Assembly (NCBI GenBank): GCA_905478185.1
Contig: CAJQHO010000025.1
Location: 15,499-79,498, forward strand
Source of the DNA: an uncultured Flavobacteriales bacterium
GTDB lineage: Bacteria; Bacteroidota; Bacteroidia; Flavobacteriales; BACL11
DNA length: 64,000 bases
Reading direction: 5' to 3'
In this document: piece after piece, positions 20,131 through 29,405 of the stretch
Numbering within the stretch: the stretch's first letter is position 1
How the letters are laid out: each line of letters starts with the position of its first letter
Program-made: the position numbers and the translations under genes
Notes under the pieces: model-generated
Seen by the model: the letters and a program-made list of their open reading frames with translations, nothing else
Told to the model about the DNA's origin: nothing
Database searches by the model: none

Positions 20131-21588
20131 ATGAGATTTTTTATCATCATTTTTTTGTTATTAAGCAAATTTACTTTTGCTTCTTTTGATATGAATGAGA
20201 ATATGCAACAATCATACTTGCATATTATAAACTTAGAGTTTGAGTCTGCTAAAAAATTACTAGCTAATGAGCAATCTCAAAATCCCACTAATGGTTTTAT
20301 TCCACTTCATCAAAACTATATTGATTTCTTAACCATTATTATAGGTGAGGAGAAAAGTTATTTTGATAATTCTATTCAGCAAAAGGAAGTGAGAATGGAA
20401 TTGCTTGAAAGCAAAAATGTAGATTCTCCTTACTATTTATATTCTCAAGCAGAAATTCATTTGCAATGGGCTTTTTCTCGTTTAAAATTTGATCAATATT
20501 CAACTGCTGCTTATGAGTTTATTAAAGCATATAAGCTATTAGAAAAAAATCAAGAAAAATTCCCTGACTTTACTTTAAATAAAAAGGGTTTAGGTTTAAT
20601 TCATGCTTTGCTTGGTGCAGTTCCTGAGCAGTTCCATTGGATTTTAAATCTGGCTGGTTTAGATGGGGGTGTAGCGCTTGGTCTTTCGGAGTTAGATGAA
20701 GTTTTGAATGATGAGAATTTTAAAATGTATGAGAATGAAGTATTGTTTTTGCTTTCTTTTTTGCAAATTAACTTGAATGAAAATGATACTATTTCTCAGC
20801 AATATCTGGATAAGATAGGAGATAGGTATAAAGAAAATATATTATTGAATTTTACTGCAGCACGGCTATCTCATAATTTAGGAGAGAATGAATTAACACT
20901 TAAAATACTGGAAGATAAGCCAAGTACTTTGTCAGCTTTCCCTTTTCATTATTTGAATTATTTGCAGGGTATGTCTTATTTGTATCAGTTGAATTATGAA
21001 AATGCTAAACAGCAATTTGAAGTCTTTTTAGGCGATTTTAATGGTATTAATTACATCAAATCTGCTTATCATAAATTAGCTTGGATTTCTTTTTTGCAAG
21101 GAGAAGATGATAATTATTTTGAGAAGGTAATTACTGAAGGTAATACTTCAATTGATGAAGATAAAGTTGCATTGAAAGATGCAAATACAAACTATATAAC
21201 ACATTCTAGATTGTTAAAAACAAGGTTGCTTTATGATGGAGGGTACTATGAAAAGGCACTATTAGACATTTCTGGAGTAAAGATAATAAAAGACTATTCT
21301 AGATTCTATGATGAATATTGGTATCGTTTAGCGCGTATCAAATCTAAACTTGATTATGATGATAAAGAAATTATTGAGCATTTTCAATTGTCTATTGATC
21401 AAGGAAAGAATTCTGCTAATTATTATGCTCCTATGTCAGCTTTGCAAATTGCCTTAATCTATGAAAAGCAAAATGAACTGGATAAAGCAGCAATCTATTT
21501 TGAAAAGTGTCTTTCAATGTCAGATTTTGACTATGAGAGAGGAATTCATCAAAAAGCTAAATCAGGTTTGGTAAGAATATCAGATTAG
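20131..21588 (+). CDS. hypothetical secreted helical-repeat (TPR-like) protein
   Basis: Signal peptide and helical-repeat-like composition. No motif I can assign. It overlaps the next gene convergently by 4 nt. Confidence 0.4.
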   Translation: MRFFIIIFLLLSKFTFASFDMNENMQQSYLHIINLEFESAKKLLANEQSQNPTNGFIPLHQNYIDFLTIIIGEEKSYFDNSIQQKEVRMELLESKNVDSPYYLYSQAEIHLQWAFSRLKFDQYSTAAYEFIKAYKLLEKNQEKFPDFTLNKKGLGLIHALLGAVPEQFHWILNLAGLDGGVALGLSELDEVLNDENFKMYENEVLFLLSFLQINLNENDTISQQYLDKIGDRYKENILLNFTAARLSHNLGENELTLKILEDKPSTLSAFPFHYLNYLQGMSYLYQLNYENAKQQFEVFLGDFNGINYIKSAYHKLAWISFLQGEDDNYFEKVITEGNTSIDEDKVALKDANTNYITHSRLLKTRLLYDGGYYEKALLDISGVKIIKDYSRFYDEYWYRLARIKSKLDYDDKEIIEHFQLSIDQGKNSANYYAPMSALQIALIYEKQNELDKAAIYFEKCLSMSDFDYERGIHQKAKSGLVRISD

Positions 21589-23033
21589 TATCTGAAGCCT
21601 ATAGTAAAAATCAAACATTGATTGGTGTTAACTAAAGATGTTGGCGCAATATATTCTTCACTATATAATAAGTGTTCATTTGCTCCTTGAGATAAAACAT
21701 AAGCGATATCAAAATAATAACCGCCATTATTTATTCCTAAACCATAGCTAAAGTTTTCTCTGCTAAAATCTTTATTTGCAAATGCACTTCCTAGTTTAGC
21801 ATATCCAGTTCTTAAAATAAATGGTTTGATATTCATCTCTGCTCCTATCTTTATGTTTTCAGTTTTTTGGTATAAGTTTGAAATAATTTCATTCTCATCA
21901 GTAAACCTATAGCTATCTGAGTTCATTCTTACTGAGGAATAATCTATGATTTCATAATCCCCACTAATTAAAATGTTTTTATTTAAAATAGTAGAAGCAC
22001 TTAAATTTGCTTTCCATGGAGTTTGTAATTTGTATTCAAAATAGTTTACTGGAGAATCTTCCGTATAACTTACTTCATTAAAATGAGTAGTGATTAAAGT
22101 GCTATATGTTTCTTCAATATTGTAATATGTTGGGGAATGTACACTTGCCCCTATTTTAAAAGATTCATTTACCCTAAATATTGCCCCAACTTTTAAGTTC
22201 ATTCCATTACCGTATGTAGTAAGTTCTTCTTGGTAGTCAAAACCATTTAGTCCGTTAATTGTATCTTCAAAAGAGTGTTCGCTATAAATGGTATTCTCAT
22301 AATAATTTATTGAAGGAAATCCTATGCTTGCTCCTATATACAATTGTTCGTTATATGACCCACCAGCTGAAAATACAAATTCATTCTCTCCTCCTAATGT
22401 TTGTACGTGTTTAGCTTGCATCTTATTGCTGTTACTACTTACATGTGAGATGTAACTTCCGTTATCATTTGCATACCAACCGTTAATTGTATCATTATTT
22501 TCTAAATCAATTAAATCAGACCAAAAAGCAGGACTCCCATGAAAAGAATTTAGGTTGTCAATTGTATTTCCTTGAGCGTATTCTAAAATATTGTCAGCTA
22601 ATGATGAAGTGTTGTTATGCCCTTCAATTATTATATTTCTATCATAACTTGTTAATTGATTCCAGCCTATAGCAATATTAATTCTTTTCCAGTCAGTATC
22701 TGCCTTTGGTATAGTAAAAACTAACCCTAGATTACCAATGTCTAATCCTGTGTTATAATCAGCAGTATTTGTTCCATTAAAGTATGATTTAGTGCTATTT
22801 AAATTAAATGTTGGCGTGAAAGTAAATTCACTAAACTGATACATTCCAATCCCAGCAGGATTCAAGCTTAAAGCTGAAAATTCTCCTCCTAGTGAGCCAA
22901 ATGCACCACCCATTGCAGAATATCTTGCAGTTCCTAAATTCTCTTGTGTTGAATATCTTAATGCGTCAACTTCATTTTGTGCGTTAAGTGTTGTGCTGAT
23001 TGCTAAAGCAATTACTAAAATTCTTTTTATCAT
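21585..23033 (-). CDS. FadL/PorV-superfamily outer-membrane beta-barrel protein
   Basis: Signal peptide plus the N-terminal motif ALRYS..NLGTARYSAMGGAFGSLGGEFSALSLNPAGIG, and a C-terminal aromatic end (FTIGFRY). Confidence 0.6.
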   Translation of the reverse strand: MIKRILVIALAISTTLNAQNEVDALRYSTQENLGTARYSAMGGAFGSLGGEFSALSLNPAGIGMYQFSEFTFTPTFNLNSTKSYFNGTNTADYNTGLDIGNLGLVFTIPKADTDWKRINIAIGWNQLTSYDRNIIIEGHNNTSSLADNILEYAQGNTIDNLNSFHGSPAFWSDLIDLENNDTINGWYANDNGSYISHVSSNSNKMQAKHVQTLGGENEFVFSAGGSYNEQLYIGASIGFPSINYYENTIYSEHSFEDTINGLNGFDYQEELTTYGNGMNLKVGAIFRVNESFKIGASVHSPTYYNIEETYSTLITTHFNEVSYTEDSPVNYFEYKLQTPWKANLSASTILNKNILISGDYEIIDYSSVRMNSDSYRFTDENEIISNLYQKTENIKIGAEMNIKPFILRTGYAKLGSAFANKDFSRENFSYGLGINNGGYYFDIAYVLSQGANEHLLYSEEYIAPTSLVNTNQCLIFTIGFRY

Positions 23034-23035
23034 TT

Positions 23036-24010
23036 TTATCTTCTTGGTTTTGAGCTTCTTTTATTTCCTCCTGAGGACCTATTGTTGCTATTTGATCTGT
23101 TCCCAGAATTTGATTTGTAGCTTCTGTTGTTGGTTTTTGGTGAAGAATATGTGTTGTTGCTTCTATTGTTTGTTTTAGTTGTTGTGCTGTTTTTATTGGA
23201 GCTATTCCCTCTTGTGTTGTTACTATTTGTTGAATTGCTTTTGTAATTACTGTTATTGTAAGTGTTTTTACTAACTCCAATATTTGTTTTAGTAGTTGTA
23301 TTTCCTCTGTAAATATTTGTTGTTTTTACAGTTGAATTTGAACTATTACTTCTAGTGTTAGTCGAATTGGTTTTTATTGAGCTGTTGTTTCTGATATTTA
23401 CAGTAGAGGAGTTGTTATTGCTGGTATTGGTTTTTACACCTCTATTTCCTCTTGAAGTTAGCGCTCCTCTGTGTCCAGTTGTGTATGTGTGGTTACTATT
23501 TGTATTTACAGTAATATTGTTATTGTGGTGATGGTTGTATCCGTATCCGTAATAAGAATAGTAGCCCCCAGTGTAGTAAGGAGAGTAGTAGTAATCGTAA
23601 TAATAAGGGGAGTAACTGTAGTAAGAATAGTAAGGAGAATTCCAGTTGTAACCATAATAGATGCTTGTTCCGCAATAAAATGGGTCATTATTATACCAAT
23701 AGTAGTCAGTATAAATTCCGCCATAATATCCAGTACTGTACATTGGCCTATGAAATCTTCTTATTCTTGATGAAAAACTATAGTCATAGTAATCATCAGC
23801 TTCATAATAATCGCCATAATAATTATTGACTGTTGTTCCTGTGTCAGTAGTTATCGTTTCATTTTCTACTTGATTATTTACAGTCATTTCTTCATAGGTG
23901 CTAAATTCATCACTTTCTAAATAATTAGGATCAGAATAATGCACATGAGTTGTTGTTATGCAAGATGCTAAAAACAACATTAATATTGTGGGGAGAAGTA
24001 GGTTTTTCAT
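23036..24010 (-). CDS. low-complexity lipoprotein: acidic/Tyr-rich core plus N/S/T/K/R-rich basic tail
   Basis: Lipobox MLFLASC, using the start at MKNLLLP (24010). A very Tyr-dense stretch (YYSYYSYSPYYYDYYYSPYYTGGYYSYYGYGYNHHH) is followed by a tail built almost only from N, S, T, K, R and G. Its stop lies 2 nt before the barrel-gene start. Confidence 0.5.
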   Translation of the reverse strand: MKNLLLPTILMLFLASCITTTHVHYSDPNYLESDEFSTYEEMTVNNQVENETITTDTGTTVNNYYGDYYEADDYYDYSFSSRIRRFHRPMYSTGYYGGIYTDYYWYNNDPFYCGTSIYYGYNWNSPYYSYYSYSPYYYDYYYSPYYTGGYYSYYGYGYNHHHNNNITVNTNSNHTYTTGHRGALTSRGNRGVKTNTSNNNSSTVNIRNNSSIKTNSTNTRSNSSNSTVKTTNIYRGNTTTKTNIGVSKNTYNNSNYKSNSTNSNNTRGNSSNKNSTTTKTNNRSNNTYSSPKTNNRSYKSNSGNRSNSNNRSSGGNKRSSKPRR

Positions 24011-24060
24011 AGCTATAATTTTTTGTTTGATACTCATAAACTTATGCTCGTTTAATTTAT

Positions 24061-24068
24061 TAGTTTTG
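24061..24068 (+). promoter_or_regulatory. -7 box (TAnnTTTG) for proS
   Basis: TAGTTTTG, 56 nt before the ATG at 24125. Confidence 0.35.
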
Positions 24069-24124
24069 TACTACCTTTTTGGTAAACGAAATTAATACTA
24101 CAAAATTACATTTTTTAAGATTAA

Positions 24125-25597
24125 ATGGCAAAAAAATTAACATCAAGAGCAGAGGACTATTCTCAATGGTATAATGAGATTGTTCAAGGAGCTGATTTAG
24201 CTGAGAATTCAGGAGTAAGAGGTTGTATGGTTATCAAACCTTATGGATATGCAATATGGGAAAAAATGCAAGCTGAATTAGATAAAAAGTTTAAAGAGAC
24301 AGGACATGAAAATGCTTATTTTCCTCTTTTTATACCTAAATCATATTTTAGTAAAGAAGCAAGTCATGTTGATGGTTTCGCTAAAGAATGTGCTGTTGTT
24401 ACTCATTATCGATTAAAAAATGATCCTAACGGAAAAGGTGTTATTGTTGATCCTGATGCAAAATTGGAAGAGGAATTAATTGTTCGTCCTACTTCTGAAA
24501 CTATCATCTGGGATACTTACAGAAAATGGATACAATCCTATAGAGATTTGCCTATTTTAGTTAATCAATGGGCTAATGTGGTGAGATGGGAAATGCGTAC
24601 TAGATTATTTTTGCGTACTGCTGAGTTTTTGTGGCAAGAAGGACATACAGCTCATGCAACTAAAAAGGAAGCAATTGCTGAAACGGAACAAATGATTGAT
24701 GTATATGCTGATTTTGCTCAAGATTTTATGGCAATGCCGGTAATTAAAGGTGTAAAATCAGAAAATGAAAGATTTGCTGGTGCACTTGAAACTTATTGTA
24801 TTGAGGCACTAATGCAAGATGGGAAAGCTTTACAAGCAGGAACTTCTCACTTTTTAGGTCAGAATTTTGCAAAAGCTTTTGATGTAAAGTTTGCTACTAA
24901 AGAAGGAAAACAGGAATATGTTTGGGCAACTTCTTGGGGGGTTTCTACTCGTTTGATGGGCGCTTTAGTAATGACACATTCTGACGATAAGGGTTTGGTT
25001 TTACCACCTAAATTAGCACCATATCAAGTTGTTATTGTTCCCATTTATAAAGGAGATGAGCAATTAGAAAAAGTATCGGAAGTAGCTTTAAAAGTTAAAA
25101 AGAACTTAGAAGCTAAAGGAATTTCAGTTAAGTTTGATAATAGGGATACACATAAGCCAGGGTGGAAGTTTGCAGAATATGAGCTTAAAGGCGTGCCATT
25201 GCGTTTAGCACTTGGTGCTCGTGATTTAGAAAATGGTACAATTGAAGTTGCCAGAAGAGATACTTTAGAAAAAGAAACATATCAGATAGAAGACATTGAA
25301 AATAAGGTGGAGCATTTGTTAGAGAAAATTCAAGAAAATTTATATCAAAAAGCACTTGATTTTCGTGCGGAAAAAACTTACAAAGCTGACTCAAAAGAGG
25401 AGTTTGTTGAATTAATTAAAAAAGGTGGTTTTGTTTATGCCCATTGGGATGGAACTTTTGAAACAGAGGAATTGATTAAAAAGGAAACAAAAGCAACTAT
25501 TAGATGTATTCCATTGGATGCAAAAGAGGAAAGTGGAGTTTGTTTGTTTAGTGGAAAACCATCTAACAAACGAGTGTCATTTGCAAAAGCATATTAA
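24125..25597 (+). CDS. proS: proline--tRNA ligase (archaeal/eukaryote-like type)
   Basis: Class II aaRS motifs ([27 protein letters not shown]) and a C-terminal zinc-less ProRS domain ending in AKAY. Confidence 0.95.
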   Translation: MAKKLTSRAEDYSQWYNEIVQGADLAENSGVRGCMVIKPYGYAIWEKMQAELDKKFKETGHENAYFPLFIPKSYFSKEASHVDGFAKECAVVTHYRLKNDPNGKGVIVDPDAKLEEELIVRPTSETIIWDTYRKWIQSYRDLPILVNQWANVVRWEMRTRLFLRTAEFLWQEGHTAHATKKEAIAETEQMIDVYADFAQDFMAMPVIKGVKSENERFAGALETYCIEALMQDGKALQAGTSHFLGQNFAKAFDVKFATKEGKQEYVWATSWGVSTRLMGALVMTHSDDKGLVLPPKLAPYQVVIVPIYKGDEQLEKVSEVALKVKKNLEAKGISVKFDNRDTHKPGWKFAEYELKGVPLRLALGARDLENGTIEVARRDTLEKETYQIEDIENKVEHLLEKIQENLYQKALDFRAEKTYKADSKEEFVELIKKGGFVYAHWDGTFETEELIKKETKATIRCIPLDAKEESGVCLFSGKPSNKRVSFAKAY

Positions 25598-25599
25598 TT

Positions 25600-26274
25600 A
25601 TGAATTCAGAAGAAAAGATAGTTAGTTTATTAAAAGAAAAGGCTTGTACTAAGCAAAAGATTTATCGAATTACTAAAAATGTTTTTGCTAATTTTCAAGA
25701 TGTATTGCAAGAAAAAGCAACCATTTTAAATAATGAAGTTCAAGATAAAGATGTTGAGGTTTCTTATGAAGAATCCGGGGATTTTGATGCTAAATTAAAA
25801 TTTTCTGGTGATACGCTTTTGTTTCATATGCATTCAAATATTTTTGATTTTGATTCTTCACATCAAATACATAAAACATCTTATGTAAAGGAGGATAAGA
25901 TGAGGTCCTTTTGTGGGGTAATAAATATTTATAATTTTCTTTCAGATTCTTTAAAGTATAATCGCTTGAATGATGCAGGATTTTTGATTGCTCGGATATT
26001 TATTAATAAGGATAATCATTTTTTTGTTGAAGGGGATAAGCAGTTAGGTTTCTTGTTTAATGATTTTGTTAATCAGCAAATAGATGAAGTTCAGATTTGT
26101 AAAATTATTGATACAGCTATGATTTATGCTCTTAATTTTGATTTACAAACACCTAATTTTAATGATGTAAAAGTTGTTTCTTTACATCAAATACTAGATA
26201 TAAACAACAATCATAAAATTAAAACTTCTAAGCGTTTGGGATTCAAATTCTCTTCTGAAACAAATAATGACTAA
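25600..26274 (+). CDS. hypothetical protein, start 2 nt after the proS stop
   Basis: Long ORF with coding-like composition, starting 2 nt after the proS stop. No recognisable motif. Confidence 0.45.
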   Translation: MNSEEKIVSLLKEKACTKQKIYRITKNVFANFQDVLQEKATILNNEVQDKDVEVSYEESGDFDAKLKFSGDTLLFHMHSNIFDFDSSHQIHKTSYVKEDKMRSFCGVINIYNFLSDSLKYNRLNDAGFLIARIFINKDNHFFVEGDKQLGFLFNDFVNQQIDEVQICKIIDTAMIYALNFDLQTPNFNDVKVVSLHQILDINNNHKIKTSKRLGFKFSSETNND

Positions 26275-26300
26275 TTTCTTTGAGGAATTAAAAAAAAGTA

Positions 26301-26308
26301 TAAATTTG
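26301..26308 (+). promoter_or_regulatory. -7 box (TAnnTTTG) upstream of tRNA-Glu (and probably rpsT)
   Basis: TAAATTTG, 25 nt before the tRNA 5' end. Confidence 0.5.
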
Positions 26309-26333
26309 CAACCTCAATTTTGAGAAAAGGGAT

Positions 26334-26405
26334 GGCCCGTTCGTCTAACGGTTAGGACATGCGGTTTTCATCCGTAAAATAGGGGTTCGATTCCCCTACG
26401 GGCTA
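26334..26405 (+). tRNA. tRNA-Glu (anticodon UUC)
   Basis: Hand-folded cloverleaf. Acceptor GGCCCGT/ACGGGCT; anticodon stem TGCGG/CCGTA with loop TTTTCAT (anticodon TTC); T-arm AGGGG-TTCGATT-CCCCT. No encoded CCA. Confidence 0.9.
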
Positions 26406-26421
26406 CAAAAAATTTAAAACT

Positions 26422-26676
26422 ATGGCAAATCATAAATCAGCATTAAAAAGAATTAGACAAACTGAAACTAGAAGATTGTTGAATAAGTATAAGAATAAAA
26501 CTGCAAGAAATGCAGTAAGAGATCTTAGAGCTTCTACTGATAAAAAAGAAGCAACAGCAATGTTACCTAAAGTATCTGCAATGATAGATAAGTTAACTAA
26601 GACTAATATTATTCACAAGAATAAAGCTTCAAACTTAAAATCAAAATTAACTAAGCATATGAATGCATTAGCATAA
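26422..26676 (+). CDS. rpsT: 30S ribosomal protein S20
   Basis: [18 protein letters not shown] is the S20 N-terminus; 84 aa, basic. Confidence 0.92.
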   Translation: MANHKSALKRIRQTETRRLLNKYKNKTARNAVRDLRASTDKKEATAMLPKVSAMIDKLTKTNIIHKNKASNLKSKLTKHMNALA

Positions 26677-26697
26677 TTTTAAAATATTTGATTATTT

Positions 26698-26731
26698 AAA
26701 AGGGCTTATCATTTGATAAGCCCTTTTTTTT
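26698..26731 (+). terminator. intrinsic terminator after rpsT
   Basis: AAGGGCTTATCA..TGATAAGCCCTT followed by a T-run. Confidence 0.8.
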
Positions 26732-26738
26732 ATATTTG
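26731..26738 (+). promoter_or_regulatory. -7 box (TAnnTTTG), 4 nt before the deacetylase-like gene GTG
   Basis: TATATTTG-TTCC-GTG, directly after the rpsT terminator. Confidence 0.45.
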
Positions 26739-26742
26739 TTCC

Positions 26743-28056
26743 GTGCAAAAATTACTAATTTATATTCCCAAGATAACTGCAAGACATAAGTATGTTTTTA
26801 AAGTAATTTTTAATGAGATATATCAAGTTGAATATCAGCTTACTGATGATAAGGACTTTTATTTAACTTCAACTTCACCAAGATTAAATTATTCTAAATC
26901 AATTTTATTTGATGGAGAGGTATTTGTTGAGTCAGTTGATTTGTTACAAGAAAGACAGATAAATGAGGTGGAAGTTAACTTTGTAGAAATAAATGAGAAT
27001 CCTTATTTGTTTGCTACTACTCACCAAGAGTCATATCATCATGATTTATTTGCCGCTACTTTTTATCTGATTAGTAGGTATGAGGAATATTTCCCGCACT
27101 TGAAAGATAAATACGGAAGGTATAAAGCATCAGAAAGCATTGCTTATAAAGAGGGTTTTCTAAAAAGACCAATTGTAAATATTTGGGGGCAAGAATTTAT
27201 AACGGTTCTGGAGGATAAATACCCTGAACTTCAAATAAACAAACCTAAGTTTAAATATATTTCCACAATTGATATTGATAATGCCTACCTTTATAAAGGG
27301 AAGGGATTCGTGCGTTTTTTGGCTTTTCTTATAAAATCGGTTTTGTCTTTTAATTTTTCAGAAATAAAACAGGCTGTAGAGGTGGTTTTCAGAAAAAGAA
27401 AAGACCCTTATGATACTTTTTCCTTACAATTTAATCTTCAGAAAAAATATGATTTAAATGTGAAGTATTTTGTTCTCTTAGGTGATTATGGTCTGAATGA
27501 TAAGAATTTATCGCATACAAATAGTAATGTTAATTCTTTGATTAAACGCCTTGCAGATTTAGCTCCAGTAGGAATTCACCCTTCATTTGGCTCAAATAAG
27601 AATATTGTAAACTTACAAGAAGAGATAAAAAGGTTAGAGTATATCCAAAAAAGAGAGGTTTCTTTGAGCCGACAGCATTTTTTGAAACTGTCCTTACCAG
27701 ATACTTATAAAAAACTTATTGCTTCAGGGATTACTGATGATTACACAATGGGGTATGCATCCGAATTAGGATTTAGGGCAGGCATTGCCTCATCCTTTAC
27801 TTTTTATGATTTGGATATGGAACAAGAGTTGCCAATTAGAATTCATCCTTTTGCAATTACTGATGATGTTTTGAAATTTAATATGAAGATTAGTGCTGAT
27901 GATGTTGTGTCTGAAATTTCTGAACTCATTGATACAGTTAAAAAAATAGATGGAACTTTGATAAGTGTTTGGCATAATGATACTTTTAGTAATTTTGGAC
28001 AATGGAAAGGATGGAAGAATGTATATGAGGAGATGGTTAAGTTAATAAAACAATAA
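26743..28056 (+). CDS. polysaccharide deacetylase-like family protein (Bacteroidota-type, N-terminal DUF)
   Basis: The N-terminus KLLIYIPKITARHKYVFKVIF is typical of this family. GTG at 26743 is preferred because the longer ORF runs through the rpsT terminator. Confidence 0.5.
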   Translation: MQKLLIYIPKITARHKYVFKVIFNEIYQVEYQLTDDKDFYLTSTSPRLNYSKSILFDGEVFVESVDLLQERQINEVEVNFVEINENPYLFATTHQESYHHDLFAATFYLISRYEEYFPHLKDKYGRYKASESIAYKEGFLKRPIVNIWGQEFITVLEDKYPELQINKPKFKYISTIDIDNAYLYKGKGFVRFLAFLIKSVLSFNFSEIKQAVEVVFRKRKDPYDTFSLQFNLQKKYDLNVKYFVLLGDYGLNDKNLSHTNSNVNSLIKRLADLAPVGIHPSFGSNKNIVNLQEEIKRLEYIQKREVSLSRQHFLKLSLPDTYKKLIASGITDDYTMGYASELGFRAGIASSFTFYDLDMEQELPIRIHPFAITDDVLKFNMKISADDVVSEISELIDTVKKIDGTLISVWHNDTFSNFGQWKGWKNVYEEMVKLIKQ

Positions 28057-28058
28057 GT

Positions 28059-28712
28059 ATGAAATTTAATAATTTAGGAATAAATAACTCAATATTTAAT
28101 CATTTCATTCGCGAGATTAGAGATGTTAAAATTCAAAATGACCCATTAAGGTTCAGAAGAAATATTGAAAGAATTGGGGAGATTTTTGCTTATGAGATAA
28201 GTAAAAAAATGGATTATGAAGATAAAGATATTACTACTCCATTAGGGATTTCTTCTGAAAGTTTAATGACAGAAGCCCCAGTTTTAGCAACTATATTAAG
28301 AGCTGGACTTCCTCTCCATCAAGGTCTCCTTAATTATTTTGACAGGTCAGACAATACTTTTATTTCAGCTTATAGAAAGCATAAAAAAGGCAGTGATTTT
28401 GTAATTAAGATTGAATATATGGCTTCTCCATCTTTGGAGGGAAAGACTGTTATTTTATGTGATCCAATGTTGGCTAGTGGAAGCTCCATGGTATTGGCTA
28501 TGGAAGCTCTCCTTTCAAAAGGAAATCCAAAGCATATTCATGTTGTGGCAATTATTGCAAGTTCTGAAGGAATTCAATATTTGAAAGAAAACTCTCCTGT
28601 AAAAAATTGGACTTTATGGGTCGGGGCAGAAGATGAAGAAATGACAGCACAATCTTACATAGTGCCTGGGCTTGGTGATGCTGGGGATTTAGCTTTTGGA
28701 GAGAAAGAGTAA
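28059..28712 (+). CDS. upp: uracil phosphoribosyltransferase
   Basis: PRPP-binding VILCDPMLASGSS and C-terminal YIVPGLGDAGD. Confidence 0.9.
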   Translation: MKFNNLGINNSIFNHFIREIRDVKIQNDPLRFRRNIERIGEIFAYEISKKMDYEDKDITTPLGISSESLMTEAPVLATILRAGLPLHQGLLNYFDRSDNTFISAYRKHKKGSDFVIKIEYMASPSLEGKTVILCDPMLASGSSMVLAMEALLSKGNPKHIHVVAIIASSEGIQYLKENSPVKNWTLWVGAEDEEMTAQSYIVPGLGDAGDLAFGEKE

Positions 28713-29405
28713 ATGAAATACAAACATATTTTCTTTGATTTAGATAGAACTCTCTGGGATTTTGAAATAAATTCTCATGAAACTTTAGTAGAACTTTGTA
28801 ATACATACAAACTGAATGCAATAGGTGTAGATGATTATGAAGATTTTATAAGAACTTATAAAAATCATAATGCTAAACTTTGGGATTTATACAGAGTAGA
28901 TAAAATTTCTCAAAAAGATTTAAGAAGAGAAAGGTTTCAAAGAGCTCTTGCTGATTATAATATAGAAGATCCCATTCTTGCAGAAAGTATTGGAGAAGAT
29001 TATATTGATGTTTGCCCAAGAAAGAACAAGTTATATCCACATGCAATTGAAGTTTTAGACTATTTAAAAGAGAGGTATGAACTTCACATTATCACTAACG
29101 GATTTGACAAAACACAACATATTAAGTTAGAACATTCTAATTTGAAACCTTATTTTAATCAGATAATAACTTCTGAGAAAACAGGGGTAAAAAAACCAAA
29201 TCCTTTAATTTTCTCTCATGCACTTACTTTAGCAAATGCAATAAAAGATGAAAGTGTTTATATTGGAGATAATCTAATTGTAGATATTTTAGGATGTCAA
29301 AATTCTGGAATAGATGGAGTTTATTTTAATCCTGAGAGAATAGAACATGCTGAAAATCCAAAATTTGAGATTGAGTGTTTAAGCAAACTTAAGAAGATAT
29401 TTTAA
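28713..29405 (+). CDS. HAD-superfamily hydrolase, YjjG-like pyrimidine 5'-nucleotidase
   Basis: HAD motif I IFFDLDRTLWD, then ITNG...K(K)P and GDNLIVDI. Confidence 0.75.
   Translation: MKYKHIFFDLDRTLWDFEINSHETLVELCNTYKLNAIGVDDYEDFIRTYKNHNAKLWDLYRVDKISQKDLRRERFQRALADYNIEDPILAESIGEDYIDVCPRKNKLYPHAIEVLDYLKERYELHIITNGFDKTQHIKLEHSNLKPYFNQIITSEKTGVKKPNPLIFSHALTLANAIKDESVYIGDNLIVDILGCQNSGIDGVYFNPERIEHAENPKFEIECLSKLKKIF

Noticed and set aside
22984-23770. Three extra ORFs (22984..23280 -, 23471..23770 +, 23506..23724 -) overlapping the Tyr-rich lipoprotein gene.
   Set aside because: The biased, repetitive codon content of the low-complexity gene keeps alternative frames open. None has a signal peptide, a promoter or its own start context.
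26713-26742. Track start of the deacetylase-like ORF at 26713.
   Set aside because: That start lies inside the rpsT terminator hairpin and T-run. GTG at 26743, right after a TATATTTG box, is more plausible.
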